Assembly: GCA_963790995.1 (NCBI GenBank)
Contig: CAWBQQ010000001.1
Location: 514,034 to 578,033, forward strand
Length of the DNA: 64,000 nt
DNA from: an uncultured Bacteroidota bacterium
Lineage (GTDB): Bacteria; Bacteroidota; Ignavibacteria; Kryptoniales; JAKASW01
Direction: 5' to 3'
In this document: positions 45,926 through 55,868 of the stretch, piece by piece
Position numbering within the stretch: the stretch's first letter is position 1
Layout of the letters: each line of letters begins with the position of its first letter
The notes under the pieces: model-generated
Seen by the model: only the letters and a program-made list of their open reading frames with translations
Told to the model about the DNA's origin: nothing
The model's database searches: none
Position numbers and translations under genes: made by a program

Positions 45926-48400
45926 TTATTTGATCACAACTAACTTCTTCGTTTGCGTGAATGATCCGGCTTGCAGTCGGTAGAAATATACTCCACTCGG
46001 CAATCTCTCCGCATTGAACGTAGTCTTGTAATATCCTGCACTTTGTTTCCCATTAATAAGAGTAGCCACCTCTCTTCCAAGCACGTCGTAAACTTTCAGC
46101 GTTACGTAACTGTTCATTGGTAATTGATAACTGATCATTGTAGAAGGGTTGAACGGGTTCGGATAGTTCTGTGATATCGCATAACTCTTCGGGGTACCTA
46201 CATTTTGGGAAACGGCAGTTATAATTCCACTGCCGCTCAATGGTGTCGACGAAGCGATGGAGTTGCTCAGCATGTGAAGAGTGTCCGAATACGCCTTTGA
46301 CGAGTCCGGGGTAAATGAGATTAGCAGCTTCAGCGTATCCCCTGCTCGAAGCGTGTCATGCACGGATTTCACTGAGAACCATTTTGTGCTCGTGTAAACT
46401 GAGTCGATTATCAATGGAAACGACGAACCGTTCGTCGCTTTAAGAGTGTCTGTCTTTACAAAGTGAGTCACAACTGAGCCGAAGGCAACGGCAGATTGAC
46501 TCACCACAAGAGTCGGTATCATTTGAGACAGTGGCCTTCTCCAGACGCCACTAACATTAGTGCTTGCAAAGAGGTTGGTGCCGGAGACCGTAAGAGCAGA
46601 GATATCGGTGTTTGTCAGGCCTGCTGTGTCTGCAGTCCATATTGTACCGTTGTTGGTTGATAGGAAGACGCCGGCATCCGTACCAGCAAAGACATTTGTG
46701 CCGTAAACGGCAAACGATAAGACATACAGATTCGTCAATCCTGAATTGGCAGCCATCCATTTTGTGCCATTATCTGTCGAGAGGAATACCCCGCCGCCGG
46801 AAGTCCCGGCAAAGAGATATGCGCCCCCTGCCCCATTGGGGCAATCTGCAAGACTTTCGACATATTTGTTAGTGAAGCCTGCAGTGTCTGCAGTCCAGCT
46901 TGTGCCGTTGTTGCTTGACAGGAAGACGCCGCCGCCGTAAGTGCCGGCGAAGAGATTCTCGCCGCCTGCGCCGTTGGGGGAAAAGGCAAGAGCATCGACA
47001 TTCTTATTGCTCAATCCTGCAGTGTCTGCAATCCATGTTGCGCCGCCATTGGTCGATAGAAAGACGCCGTACCCATAGGACCCGGCAATGAGATTTGCGG
47101 ACGATGCCCCGCCGGAAGCCGGGGAGAAAGCAAAAGAAGAAACAGGATAGTACATGTCTGAACTCCACCAAGTTGTACCATCGTCTGTGGATAAGGCGGC
47201 TCCGTCATTGGTCCCGGCGAAGAGATTCGTACCTTCAGCCCCGTTCGGAAGGGCAGCAAGAGCGTAGACATAATTGGTCGTCAAGCCTGCGGTGGACTGA
47301 GTCCAGCTTGTGCCGTTGTTCGTTGACAGATAGACGCCGCTGCCATAAATCCCTGCGAAGAGATCTGTGGAGCCCGCCCCGGGCGGGGCGAGTGAGAATG
47401 TAAGAGCATTGACTTGAGTGTTCGTTATGCCCGTAGTGACCTCGGTCCAGCTTGTGCCGTTATTTGTGGAAAGATAGACGCCGCCGCTATAGGTCCCTGC
47501 AAAGAGATTATTACCGGAATCGGCAAGAGAATAAACATTATTATTTGTCAAGCCCGTATTCACCCCGGTCCAGCTTGTCCCGTTGTTCGTCAACAGATAG
47601 ACGCCGCCCTGTGTCCCGGCAAATAGATTCTTGCCGGAGACCAATAGTGCACGGACATACGTGTACGACAAGCCCGTATTGACCCCGGTCCAGCTTGTGC
47701 CGTTGTTTGTCGATAGAAAGACGCCGCCGCCATAGGTCCCTGCAAAGAGATTCTTCCCTGAATCGGCAAGACTAATGACGTATTTGTTAGTCAACCCGGC
47801 AGTGTCTGCAGTCCAGCTTGTGCCATCGTTCGTGGAAAGATAGACGCCGCCGCCATAGGTCCCGGCAAAGAGATTCTTGCCGGAATCCGCAAAAGCAATG
47901 ACGTATTTGTTCGTCAACCCAGAAGTGTCTGCAGTCCACGTTGTCCCGTTGTTAGTCGATAGGAAGATGCCGTAGCCGTATGTGCCTGCAAAGATGTTCT
48001 TGCCGGAATCGACGAGAGAATAAACTCCATAGCTTGTCAAGCCAATCTGAGTCCAGCTTGTACCATTGTTGGTGGAGAGATATATGCCGCTCTGAGTGCC
48101 GGCAAAGAGATTCTTGCCGGAATCGACAAGGACATTCAAGGAAGTATTGGCCAAGCCCGCGCTCGCGCTGGTCCAGATTGTACCGCTATTGGTAGATCGG
48201 AAAATGCCCGCTCCCCAGGTTCCAGCAAACACATTCGTCTCGCCTGCCCCGTTCGGTGAGACAGCAAGAGCAGTGACGTCACCGCCGTAAGGGCCATTTG
48301 TTTGAACCCATTGAGCGCGCAATGAATTCGCACCAGTGAGTAAACAAAACACTACAAACAAGAATCCGCCGCAGCGGACATGCTGTAAAATATTTTTCAT
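45926..48400 (-). CDS. BNR/Asp-box-like double-propeller protein with an Ig-like (choice-of-anchor-D-like) domain and T9SS tail, 824 aa
   Basis: About 14 STNNGTSWT repeats, then AFGSVV...LISFTPDSSKAYSDTL, then NYPNPFNPSTMISYQLP...LKVYDVLGREV. Confidence 0.85.
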   Translation of the reverse strand: MKNILQHVRCGGFLFVVFCLLTGANSLRAQWVQTNGPYGGDVTALAVSPNGAGETNVFAGTWGAGIFRSTNSGTIWTSASAGLANTSLNVLVDSGKNLFAGTQSGIYLSTNNGTSWTQIGLTSYGVYSLVDSGKNIFAGTYGYGIFLSTNNGTTWTADTSGLTNKYVIAFADSGKNLFAGTYGGGVYLSTNDGTSWTADTAGLTNKYVISLADSGKNLFAGTYGGGVFLSTNNGTSWTGVNTGLSYTYVRALLVSGKNLFAGTQGGVYLLTNNGTSWTGVNTGLTNNNVYSLADSGNNLFAGTYSGGVYLSTNNGTSWTEVTTGITNTQVNALTFSLAPPGAGSTDLFAGIYGSGVYLSTNNGTSWTQSTAGLTTNYVYALAALPNGAEGTNLFAGTNDGAALSTDDGTTWWSSDMYYPVSSFAFSPASGGASSANLIAGSYGYGVFLSTNGGATWIADTAGLSNKNVDALAFSPNGAGGENLFAGTYGGGVFLSSNNGTSWTADTAGFTNKYVESLADCPNGAGGAYLFAGTSGGGVFLSTDNGTKWMAANSGLTNLYVLSFAVYGTNVFAGTDAGVFLSTNNGTIWTADTAGLTNTDISALTVSGTNLFASTNVSGVWRRPLSQMIPTLVVSQSAVAFGSVVTHFVKTDTLKATNGSSFPLIIDSVYTSTKWFSVKSVHDTLRAGDTLKLLISFTPDSSKAYSDTLHMLSNSIASSTPLSGSGIITAVSQNVGTPKSYAISQNYPNPFNPSTMISYQLPMNSYVTLKVYDVLGREVATLINGKQSAGYYKTTFNAERLPSGVYFYRLQAGSFTQTKKLVVIK

Positions 48401-48510
48401 TTGTGGCTCCTTTTGCGAAATAGTATTGGGCTATTTCAATTGATGAACGAACAGTTCCAATTCGAAACTCGTCATGTCTCACATCTTTTGTTGTTAGTCA
48501 CCTCTCCAGA

Positions 48511-50934
48511 TTATTTGATCACAACTAACTTCCTTGTTTGCGTAAATGTGCCTGCCTGCAGACGGTAGAAGTACACTCCACTCGGTAGTCTCTCTGCGTT
48601 GAACGCCGTCTTGTAGTATCCTGCACTTTGTTTTTCATTTATAGGAGTAGCCACTTCCCTGCCAAGTACGTCGTAAACTTTCAGCGTTACGTAACTGTTC
48701 AGCGGTAATTGATAACTGATCATTGTAGAAGGGTTGAACGGGTTTGGATAATTCTGTGAAAGCCCGTAGCTCTTCGGGAGATTTCCGTTTTGAAAAACTG
48801 CCGTTATCGTTCCACTCCCACTCAATGGTACTTTCGTCAGCGAAACCGTGGCGTTACTTACAATGTAAAGCGTATCTAAATATGCCTTTGACGTGTCCGG
48901 AGTAAAAATGACCTGCAGCCTGATTGTATCCGCTTTGGTAACCGTCTCTTGAGTGGACGCCACTGTGAACCATTTTGTGTTTGTGTAAACCGTATCGATT
49001 ATCAGTGGAGTCGCAGAACTGTTCGCTATTCTAAGAGTATCTATCTTTGTAAGGTGAGCCGGAACTGAACCGAATGCAATGGCGGGTTGACTCAATACAA
49101 CACTTGGAATAATCTCGGACAGCGATCGTTTCCAGACACCGCTGCTGGTCCCCGCAAAGAGATTTGTGCCCATGACGGCAAAAGAATTGACATCAAGATT
49201 CGACAAGCCTGCATTGACCGCATTCCAGCTCGTGCCGTTGTTGGTTGATAGGAAGACGCCGCCCCCGCCAGTCCCGGCAAAGAGATTCATACCGGAGACC
49301 GAAAGAGTATAGACAAAAGTGTTCGTCAGGCCTGAGGTGTCTGCCGTCCAGTTCGTGCCATTGTTGGTCGATAGAAAGACGCCGCCGCCATAAGTCCCGG
49401 CAAAGAGATTCGTGGAGCCTGCTCCGCCGGAGGCGGGGGAGACGGCAAGAGCATAGACTTCCTTGTTCCTCAAGCCTGATGTGTCTGCAGTCCAGCTTGT
49501 GCCGTTGTTGGTCGATAGAAAGACGCCGTCGTCATTACTCCCGGCAAAGAGATTCGCGCCGGAGAACGTAAGAGCTGTGATTTCACTGCTCGGCAAGCCT
49601 GTACTCGCCGTGCTCCAGCTCGTGCCGTTGTTGGTCGATAGATAGACTCCGACAACGTTCCCGGCAAAGAGATCCGGGCCCATGACCGCAAGAGCATGGA
49701 TGTAATAGTTCGTCAAGCCTGCAGTGTCTGCCGTCCAGCTCGTTCCGTTGTTGGTCGATAGGAAGACACCGCTGCCCTCAGTCCCGGCAAAGAGATTCGT
49801 GCCGGAGAACGCAAGAGCTTTGACGTCTTTGTTCGCCAGGCCTGCAGTGTCCGCAGTCCAGGTTGTGCCGTTGTCAGTCGATAGGAAGACGCCGCTGTAA
49901 GAAGTCCCCACAAAGAGATTCGTGCCGGAGACTGCAAGAGCGTTGACATAAATGTTCGCCAAGCCTGTGTTGACAGCAGCCCAGCTCGTTCCGTTGTTGG
50001 TTGATAGGAAGATACCACCGCCTTGCGTTGCGGCAAAGAGACTCGTACCTATGACGGCAAGAGCATTGATATAGCCGTTCGTCAAACCTGTAGGCACCGC
50101 ACTCCAACTTGTGCCGTTGTTGGTCGATAGATAGACGCCGCCGGAAGTCCCGGCGAAGAGATCCGCGCCGGAGAATGTAAAAGCGTTGACAACGTTATTC
50201 GTCAAACCGTTATTGACCTTCGTCCAGCTCGTTCCGTTGTTAGTCGATAGGAAGACACCGCCAAGAGTCGCCGCAAAGAGGTTCGTGCCGGAGACGGTTA
50301 GAGAATAGACAGCTTCGTCCGCGCCTTTGTTCGGCAATCCTGAAGTGTCCGGAGTCCAGCTTGCGCCGCTGTTGGTGGAAAGATAAACGCCATCGCCAAG
50401 AGTCGCCGCAAAGAGATTCGTGCCTGAAAACGTAAGGGCCGTGATTTCAAGGCCCGGCAAGCCTGTGTTGACCGCGCTCCAGCTCGTGCCGTTGTTGGTC
50501 GATAGGAAGACACCACCTATGGTCCCGGCAAAGAGATTCGCGCCGGAGACGGTAAGAGAAAGGACAATAGTGCTCGTTAGGCCTGCAGTGTCCGCCGTCC
50601 AGCTCGTTCCGTTGTTGGTCGATAGGAAAACACCGCTGCCCTCAGTCCCGGCAAAGAGATTCGCGCCGGAGACGGTAAGAGCATTGACAAAAGTGTTCGT
50701 CAAACCTTTATTGACCGCACTCCAGCTCGTGCCGTTGTTGGTCGATAGGAAGACGCCGCTGCCCTCAGTCCCGGCAAAGAGATTTGTGCCTGAGACGGCA
50801 AAGCTAAGAACGTCACCTCCGTAGGGTCCATTGCCCTGCGTCCATTGGGCATGCAATGAATTCATGTTTGTAAATAGACAAGACACTACTAATAGGAATC
50901 CGCTGCAGCGGACATGTCGTAAAATGTTCTTCAT
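48511..50934 (-). CDS. Paralogous BNR/Asp-box-like double-propeller T9SS protein, 807 aa
   Basis: Same architecture, with near-identical signal peptide, tail and 3' flank as 45926-48400. Confidence 0.85.
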   Translation of the reverse strand: MKNILRHVRCSGFLLVVSCLFTNMNSLHAQWTQGNGPYGGDVLSFAVSGTNLFAGTEGSGVFLSTNNGTSWSAVNKGLTNTFVNALTVSGANLFAGTEGSGVFLSTNNGTSWTADTAGLTSTIVLSLTVSGANLFAGTIGGVFLSTNNGTSWSAVNTGLPGLEITALTFSGTNLFAATLGDGVYLSTNSGASWTPDTSGLPNKGADEAVYSLTVSGTNLFAATLGGVFLSTNNGTSWTKVNNGLTNNVVNAFTFSGADLFAGTSGGVYLSTNNGTSWSAVPTGLTNGYINALAVIGTSLFAATQGGGIFLSTNNGTSWAAVNTGLANIYVNALAVSGTNLFVGTSYSGVFLSTDNGTTWTADTAGLANKDVKALAFSGTNLFAGTEGSGVFLSTNNGTSWTADTAGLTNYYIHALAVMGPDLFAGNVVGVYLSTNNGTSWSTASTGLPSSEITALTFSGANLFAGSNDDGVFLSTNNGTSWTADTSGLRNKEVYALAVSPASGGAGSTNLFAGTYGGGVFLSTNNGTNWTADTSGLTNTFVYTLSVSGMNLFAGTGGGGVFLSTNNGTSWNAVNAGLSNLDVNSFAVMGTNLFAGTSSGVWKRSLSEIIPSVVLSQPAIAFGSVPAHLTKIDTLRIANSSATPLIIDTVYTNTKWFTVASTQETVTKADTIRLQVIFTPDTSKAYLDTLYIVSNATVSLTKVPLSGSGTITAVFQNGNLPKSYGLSQNYPNPFNPSTMISYQLPLNSYVTLKVYDVLGREVATPINEKQSAGYYKTAFNAERLPSGVYFYRLQAGTFTQTRKLVVIK

Positions 50935-51259
50935 TTGATCCTCCTTTTGTGAAACAGTGATGAGCCATTTCAGCTAATTATCGTGTTGTGAAAGAACGAG
51001 GGGATAATTTCAACCAGCGTTTGTCTCAAGAAGGAAGATTAGCACTCCCGCGAGTTCCCCCTGTTGCATACTCAGTCTAAGGATATTAAGCCTCGGGCTC
51101 AGATGATCTGCTATTTCCCCCGGAAGCGGGGTTTTCGACAATCATCATGTATGAATATAACCTGCCTGCTCCGCCCTTGTCAAGCCCTCCCAGGCAACTC
51201 ATAGAGAATCAGCATCAATGAGGACTTCTCCGAGCAGGCAAATTGGCTCAGCCTACAAG

Positions 51260-53590
51260 TTAGAACACCATGTCGCAGGTCAGACGAATGCCGCGCCCGG
51301 GCTGTGGTATGAAGTCCTTGATTACAGATAAGTTGTCGCGATAAACCTGATTGAAGAGGTTGTCGCAGTGTATGCCGATGTCGTGTACCAAATCGCCGCC
51401 GCTGAATCGCGTGTCCGCGCCGATATCGACGACTCCGTAACCTGCGGTATATGTGTCGCCCGTTCCCAGCCGCGTCTGGCTTGCAGCTAAACGCCATTCG
51501 ACCGTCCCCGAGTAAAGAGCGCTTCCTGCGGAAGGAACATATTGATAGATTAGTTTCAGCAGCCCGTGAAGCGGCGGGATAAAGGGCAGCGGTATGTTAT
51601 TTTTAGTGTCCTGCGCATTCACATAATCCGCACTTGCCTGCACCGCGACATTCCTAACAGGCTGCACCATCATGGTCGCTTCGAAACCCATCAGGCGCGC
51701 GTCAGCGGCTGAAAACTGTCTGACCGGCAGCGCATCGATCGTGTCGCCTCTCAGGTAAGCGTAGATATAGTTATTGATGAAATTGATATAAGGCGATACC
51801 TCGAACATAAAATCGGTATAGTGCCCTTTCAACGATGCATCCACGCCGAGGCATGTTTCAGGAGAGAGGTCGGGGTCGCCGATCGAGTACGTGTTGCTCG
51901 CGGCGTCCGCTCCGTTCGCGAAAAGCTCCTGCACCGTCGGGGCACGGAATGAACGTCCGATGCTCAACGAAGCAATGAGATCGGGCGTGATATTTTGAAT
52001 CATCCCTAATGAAGCGGTAACTGCATTGGACAGCTTCGTCACGTTTAGAACTTGAAAGACGGAATCCAGCGAAGCCCCATACGGCAATGTGTGGATGCGG
52101 CTGTCATCATAGCGAACCGCTCCCTGCAAACGGGTGTCCGCGCTGAGTAAATATTCTTCGAAGACATAAGCCGCGATATCCGCAGTCGTGGAATTCGGGC
52201 CCAGGGGCTGCTGGCCTTCGATGGAAAGATTCTCGAAGTTCGTCCAGACACCGATTGTACCCTGAAGCTGTCCGAAGCGTTCGTGCTGGAGCTGCAGAGA
52301 TGCATTCACCGAACGCTTATTGAAATGGTTTGCCTCGGGGTTGGAAACTATTCCGGCCGAATCCTGCGTCGGGTACTCTTCATGGTTGTAATCCACGTAA
52401 TTCGCGCTCAGCTTCACCTCTCTTAAAAAATCTCCGTCAACCGCGAAGAGGCTCCTCATCTCGACCATGTTTTTGTTCTGGGCGATGAGCGATGTCGTCG
52501 GCGGATCGTCCATCCAATCCGGATTCGGCGGCGTGCCCGGGACGCCGTATCTCATCTGGTAATGTTCATACCCGACGCCGACCATTCCGAAATCGCCTTG
52601 ATATGAATAACCCGCCGCTTCCCTCTGGCTTTGGTCGAAAGATTGCGGCATCTTGTCGAGGTTGAAAGTCTGTACCCCATCGGAATAATTCCCCGCCGGT
52701 ATGCTTATGTCCTGCGAATGGAGCCCGCCCGCAGATATGCCGAACGCCTGGCCGCCGTCGCTGTAAACTCCATCGAATGATCCGGTGTATTCATCGCTTA
52801 CTCCATCACCTGTCAAAGAAACTGTACCGGAAAACGGCTTCGTCGATGGAGTCGGGATCGTGTTCGTTATGACGTTGATCAGTCCGCCGATTGCATTCGG
52901 ACCGTACATGACGGATGCAGGCCCGCGTACCACGTCGATCTGTGAAATGCTGATCGGTAAAATCGGAACCGAATGTGCCGGGTCGTAGGTTGAAACGTCG
53001 CCGCTTCGGAGCCCGTCTTCCAGGACCAGGACTTCATTATCCGAGAGCCCGCGGATCATCGGGCGCGCCGGAGCGGAGCCGTTGTAGCGAACGTCAACGC
53101 CGGGAAGGTCGGATATTTCTTCCGCGAAGCTTGCGCCGGGATTTTCATGAAGCTCCAGCATCGACATCGATTCGGCGGGCTGGTATAGTTCGTCTGCCTC
53201 GCGCGCGTACGGCGAAGCAGATACGACTACTTCTTCAGATTGAATTGCGGACTCGTGAAGCGCGAAGGACGCTTCAGATACATTGTTCTCGACTTCAACT
53301 TTCTTAGTCCCGGACGTGTATCCGATGCAGCGAACGAAGACAGTATAAGTCCCGTTCGGCAAATCCGGAAAAGAGAACTCGCCTTTCGCATCGGAGTAAC
53401 TCGCGCGGTCAAGCTCGAGCAGTCGAACCGTCGCGCCAACGACGGGTCTGCCATCGCATTGTACCACACCGTGAATGCCGGTGGCTGTTCTTGCGGATTC
53501 CTGAGAATAAGCAATGACAGAAAGCTGAAGAGTCATTACCAACACGAGAATAATCTGAAATAACCTTAATTTGCGCGATTCCATTTCCAC
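51260..53590 (-). CDS. TonB-dependent receptor with N-terminal CarboxypepD_reg domain
   Basis: Plug motifs (DVRYNGS, LVLEDG), beta-barrel, terminal ...LTCDMVF. Confidence 0.9.
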   Translation of the reverse strand: MEMESRKLRLFQIILVLVMTLQLSVIAYSQESARTATGIHGVVQCDGRPVVGATVRLLELDRASYSDAKGEFSFPDLPNGTYTVFVRCIGYTSGTKKVEVENNVSEASFALHESAIQSEEVVVSASPYAREADELYQPAESMSMLELHENPGASFAEEISDLPGVDVRYNGSAPARPMIRGLSDNEVLVLEDGLRSGDVSTYDPAHSVPILPISISQIDVVRGPASVMYGPNAIGGLINVITNTIPTPSTKPFSGTVSLTGDGVSDEYTGSFDGVYSDGGQAFGISAGGLHSQDISIPAGNYSDGVQTFNLDKMPQSFDQSQREAAGYSYQGDFGMVGVGYEHYQMRYGVPGTPPNPDWMDDPPTTSLIAQNKNMVEMRSLFAVDGDFLREVKLSANYVDYNHEEYPTQDSAGIVSNPEANHFNKRSVNASLQLQHERFGQLQGTIGVWTNFENLSIEGQQPLGPNSTTADIAAYVFEEYLLSADTRLQGAVRYDDSRIHTLPYGASLDSVFQVLNVTKLSNAVTASLGMIQNITPDLIASLSIGRSFRAPTVQELFANGADAASNTYSIGDPDLSPETCLGVDASLKGHYTDFMFEVSPYINFINNYIYAYLRGDTIDALPVRQFSAADARLMGFEATMMVQPVRNVAVQASADYVNAQDTKNNIPLPFIPPLHGLLKLIYQYVPSAGSALYSGTVEWRLAASQTRLGTGDTYTAGYGVVDIGADTRFSGGDLVHDIGIHCDNLFNQVYRDNLSVIKDFIPQPGRGIRLTCDMVF

Positions 53591-53797
53591 CTCCGGGTTA
53601 AAAGATTCATTGTTCCAAGATCGAACGCTTCAAATAAGATTGTGCGGTTACGTTAAACCGGTCAATTCTTTTCCTACTCCTATCAATGCCTCACCAAAGA
53701 TAAATGCCGCAGGCATGCTATTATTGTGGGGTCGGACTTTTTCTGTCATAAGCGAATTCGCATAGAAAACCAAATTCATTCAATAAATTCCGATACA

Positions 53798-55048
53798 TCA
53801 AATAGCAGCCTGATGAGATACTCCCTTCCTCAAACTCAAAAAGACCGGGATCGCAATCAGCTGGACTGCGACGGAGAAAATTACTACCGCTGGAATCCAT
53901 AAATCATATAACATTCCCAGCGCCACGCTTCCGATAAACCAGGAAACTCCATACGCGGCGGTGAATAGTCCGTACGCAGAAGGCCTTCGTTCGCGAGGCA
54001 CCATGGTCGCAACCGCCGCAGGTATAATTGATTCGTGAACACCCATTCCAAGTCCCCATAGAGCAGAGCCTGCGAGAGCCAGCGGGAACCCGCCGAAGAA
54101 CACAAGAGGCGCCGACGCTGCGGAAATAACAGTCAACGGGACTAAAATCCAGAGACCGACCCGGTCAAACAGGCGTCCGAAAAGAAGCGATCCGCCCCCG
54201 CTCACCGCCATGGCGACCGAGTAGAAAATAGGGATCCATGCGCTCGGGACGGTGGAAGTCTTTTGAAAGTGGAATGCAATCAAAGAAAAATCCGCGAATC
54301 CTGCCGCGACCAAAGCCGCTCCGATTAGATAAACCCAGAATGTGCGCGGCAAACCGGCGCTCCGGACGTTTGGCAGATTTGCTTCTTCCTGGGACAAATC
54401 TTCCGGCTTTGGGTACAAAAATCGAGCTGTAAAGATGAGGACAAGTGTGATGATTGCCGGCACAAGCAGGACGGCGAACGCAATCTTATAGCTTCCACGG
54501 GCGGCAAGTACAAGTGCGACCACGATAGGGCCGATAAGTGCACCTGCCTGATCCATTCCCTCATGCAGCCCGAACACCCATCCGAAACCGCCAAGCTGTT
54601 TCCCGGCATGAGAGAGCATCACATCCCGCGGCGGATTGCGTGTAGCTTTACCCACCCGTTCCATGATAATCAGCAAACCGGCTATTTGCCAAGTCGGAGC
54701 AAGTGCCAATAACGGAACAGCACACATCTGGATGACATAACCCATTAATGTAATAAACCAGAACTTGCCTGTGTGCTCGCTGATTTTACCGGAGACAAGA
54801 CGCAGCCCGTAACCGAGCAGTTCGCCAAGCCCGCCGATGATTCCCACGAGGGTTGCGTTCGCACCCAGGACGGCGAGAAACGGACCGGTGACGCTGCGTG
54901 CCCCTTCGTACGCGCAGTCCGCAAAGAGACTCACCACTCCGATCATGATCACAAATCTTAAAGCGGTGCGCCTAACATCTGGTTTATCGCTAATCATTGC
55001 TTCAATTTCCGCGATTGACTTTGACTTGCTTTCATCATGGGTCTGCAC
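53798..55048 (-). CDS. MFS transporter
   Basis: 416 aa with about 12 predicted TM segments. Confidence 0.85.
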   Translation of the reverse strand: MQTHDESKSKSIAEIEAMISDKPDVRRTALRFVIMIGVVSLFADCAYEGARSVTGPFLAVLGANATLVGIIGGLGELLGYGLRLVSGKISEHTGKFWFITLMGYVIQMCAVPLLALAPTWQIAGLLIIMERVGKATRNPPRDVMLSHAGKQLGGFGWVFGLHEGMDQAGALIGPIVVALVLAARGSYKIAFAVLLVPAIITLVLIFTARFLYPKPEDLSQEEANLPNVRSAGLPRTFWVYLIGAALVAAGFADFSLIAFHFQKTSTVPSAWIPIFYSVAMAVSGGGSLLFGRLFDRVGLWILVPLTVISAASAPLVFFGGFPLALAGSALWGLGMGVHESIIPAAVATMVPRERRPSAYGLFTAAYGVSWFIGSVALGMLYDLWIPAVVIFSVAVQLIAIPVFLSLRKGVSHQAAI

Positions 55049-55066
55049 GAAAGGCCCAATGCCACC

Positions 55067-55447
55067 TCACAATTGGAACGCATTACCGGTTTTGCCGTGA
55101 GTATAATGGATCACATTCACCTTCTCTTCCGTGATCATTCCACCGCATCCTGCTTTTTCGAAAAGCTCTTCCACTTCCGGCAGAAATTTATCGACCTTAG
55201 CTTCGGTATCGACAATTTCGATCACTAACGGCAGGTCCTCGCTGAGCTCGAGCAGCTTTGCCGTATGAATCATGCTGCCGGCGCCGAAGCTTTCCACTCC
55301 GCGAACCACTGTCGCACCAGCCATCCCGGATGCGCGTGCACGCTCGACAAATATCTGATAGAGCGGTTTTCTGTTCAGATGATCGTCTTCACCAATAAAA
55401 ATACGGAGAAGCTTCCCTGTCCCTTCTAATTTCATTTTTGGCTCCAT
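55067..55447 (-). CDS. DUF190 (PII-like) protein, commonly linked to crcB
   Basis: LLRIFIGEDDHLNRKPLY...GMAGATVVRGVESFG. The start overlaps the crcB stop (TAATG). Confidence 0.8.
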   Translation of the reverse strand: MEPKMKLEGTGKLLRIFIGEDDHLNRKPLYQIFVERARASGMAGATVVRGVESFGAGSMIHTAKLLELSEDLPLVIEIVDTEAKVDKFLPEVEELFEKAGCGGMITEEKVNVIHYTHGKTGNAFQL

Positions 55448-55821
55448 TAAATTACTCTACCGATGATCGCCCCGGCCCATACCGCACATAGGCCGATGAT
55501 TATCGAAGCACCAATATTCAGCAGCCCCAAAGCAAACGCGCCATTCTTCAAAAGTTCGAACGTTTCAAAATTGAATGTCGAGAAAGTGGTGAATCCTCCG
55601 ATTATCCCGACAGCAACGAATACTCTTACCGAAGGGCTTACAAGAAATCTACCTTCTGACATCGTCAAGAACAACCCGATGACAAAACATCCGAGTACAT
55701 TTACTGCAAGAGTTCCGTACGGAAAGTCGCTGCCGATTACTTTGTACACCCAACCCGCCAACAAATATCTGAAGACGGCACCTATCCCGCCGCCGATAAA
55801 AACCAAAAAACTCTTAAACAT
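55447..55821 (-). CDS. crcB: Fluoride ion channel CrcB/FluC
   Basis: 124 aa, 4 TM segments, GGGIGAVFRY and GGFTTFSTF motifs. Confidence 0.9.
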   Translation of the reverse strand: MFKSFLVFIGGGIGAVFRYLLAGWVYKVIGSDFPYGTLAVNVLGCFVIGLFLTMSEGRFLVSPSVRVFVAVGIIGGFTTFSTFNFETFELLKNGAFALGLLNIGASIIIGLCAVWAGAIIGRVI

Positions 55822-55868
55822 TTTCGTTCACTTTCTTATGAAAACATTCCTTGCCTTGACTGTGACAT

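Noticed and set aside
51117-51135. Orphan plus-strand terminator-like hairpin CCCCG-GAAG-CGGGG-TTTT.
   Set aside because: The stem is only 5 bp and there is no plus-strand gene or recognisable sRNA upstream. This is too weak to call.
53591-53797. Cobalamin or TPP riboswitch upstream of the TonB-dependent receptor.
   Set aside because: No B12 box and no CTGAGA/ACCTGA TPP elements are visible. Only a short ATGCC-TGC-GGCAT hairpin is present.
55822-55868. Fluoride riboswitch upstream of crcB.
   Set aside because: The gap is only 47 nt and has none of the conserved crcB-motif sequence. crcB appears co-transcribed with the dynamin-like gene.
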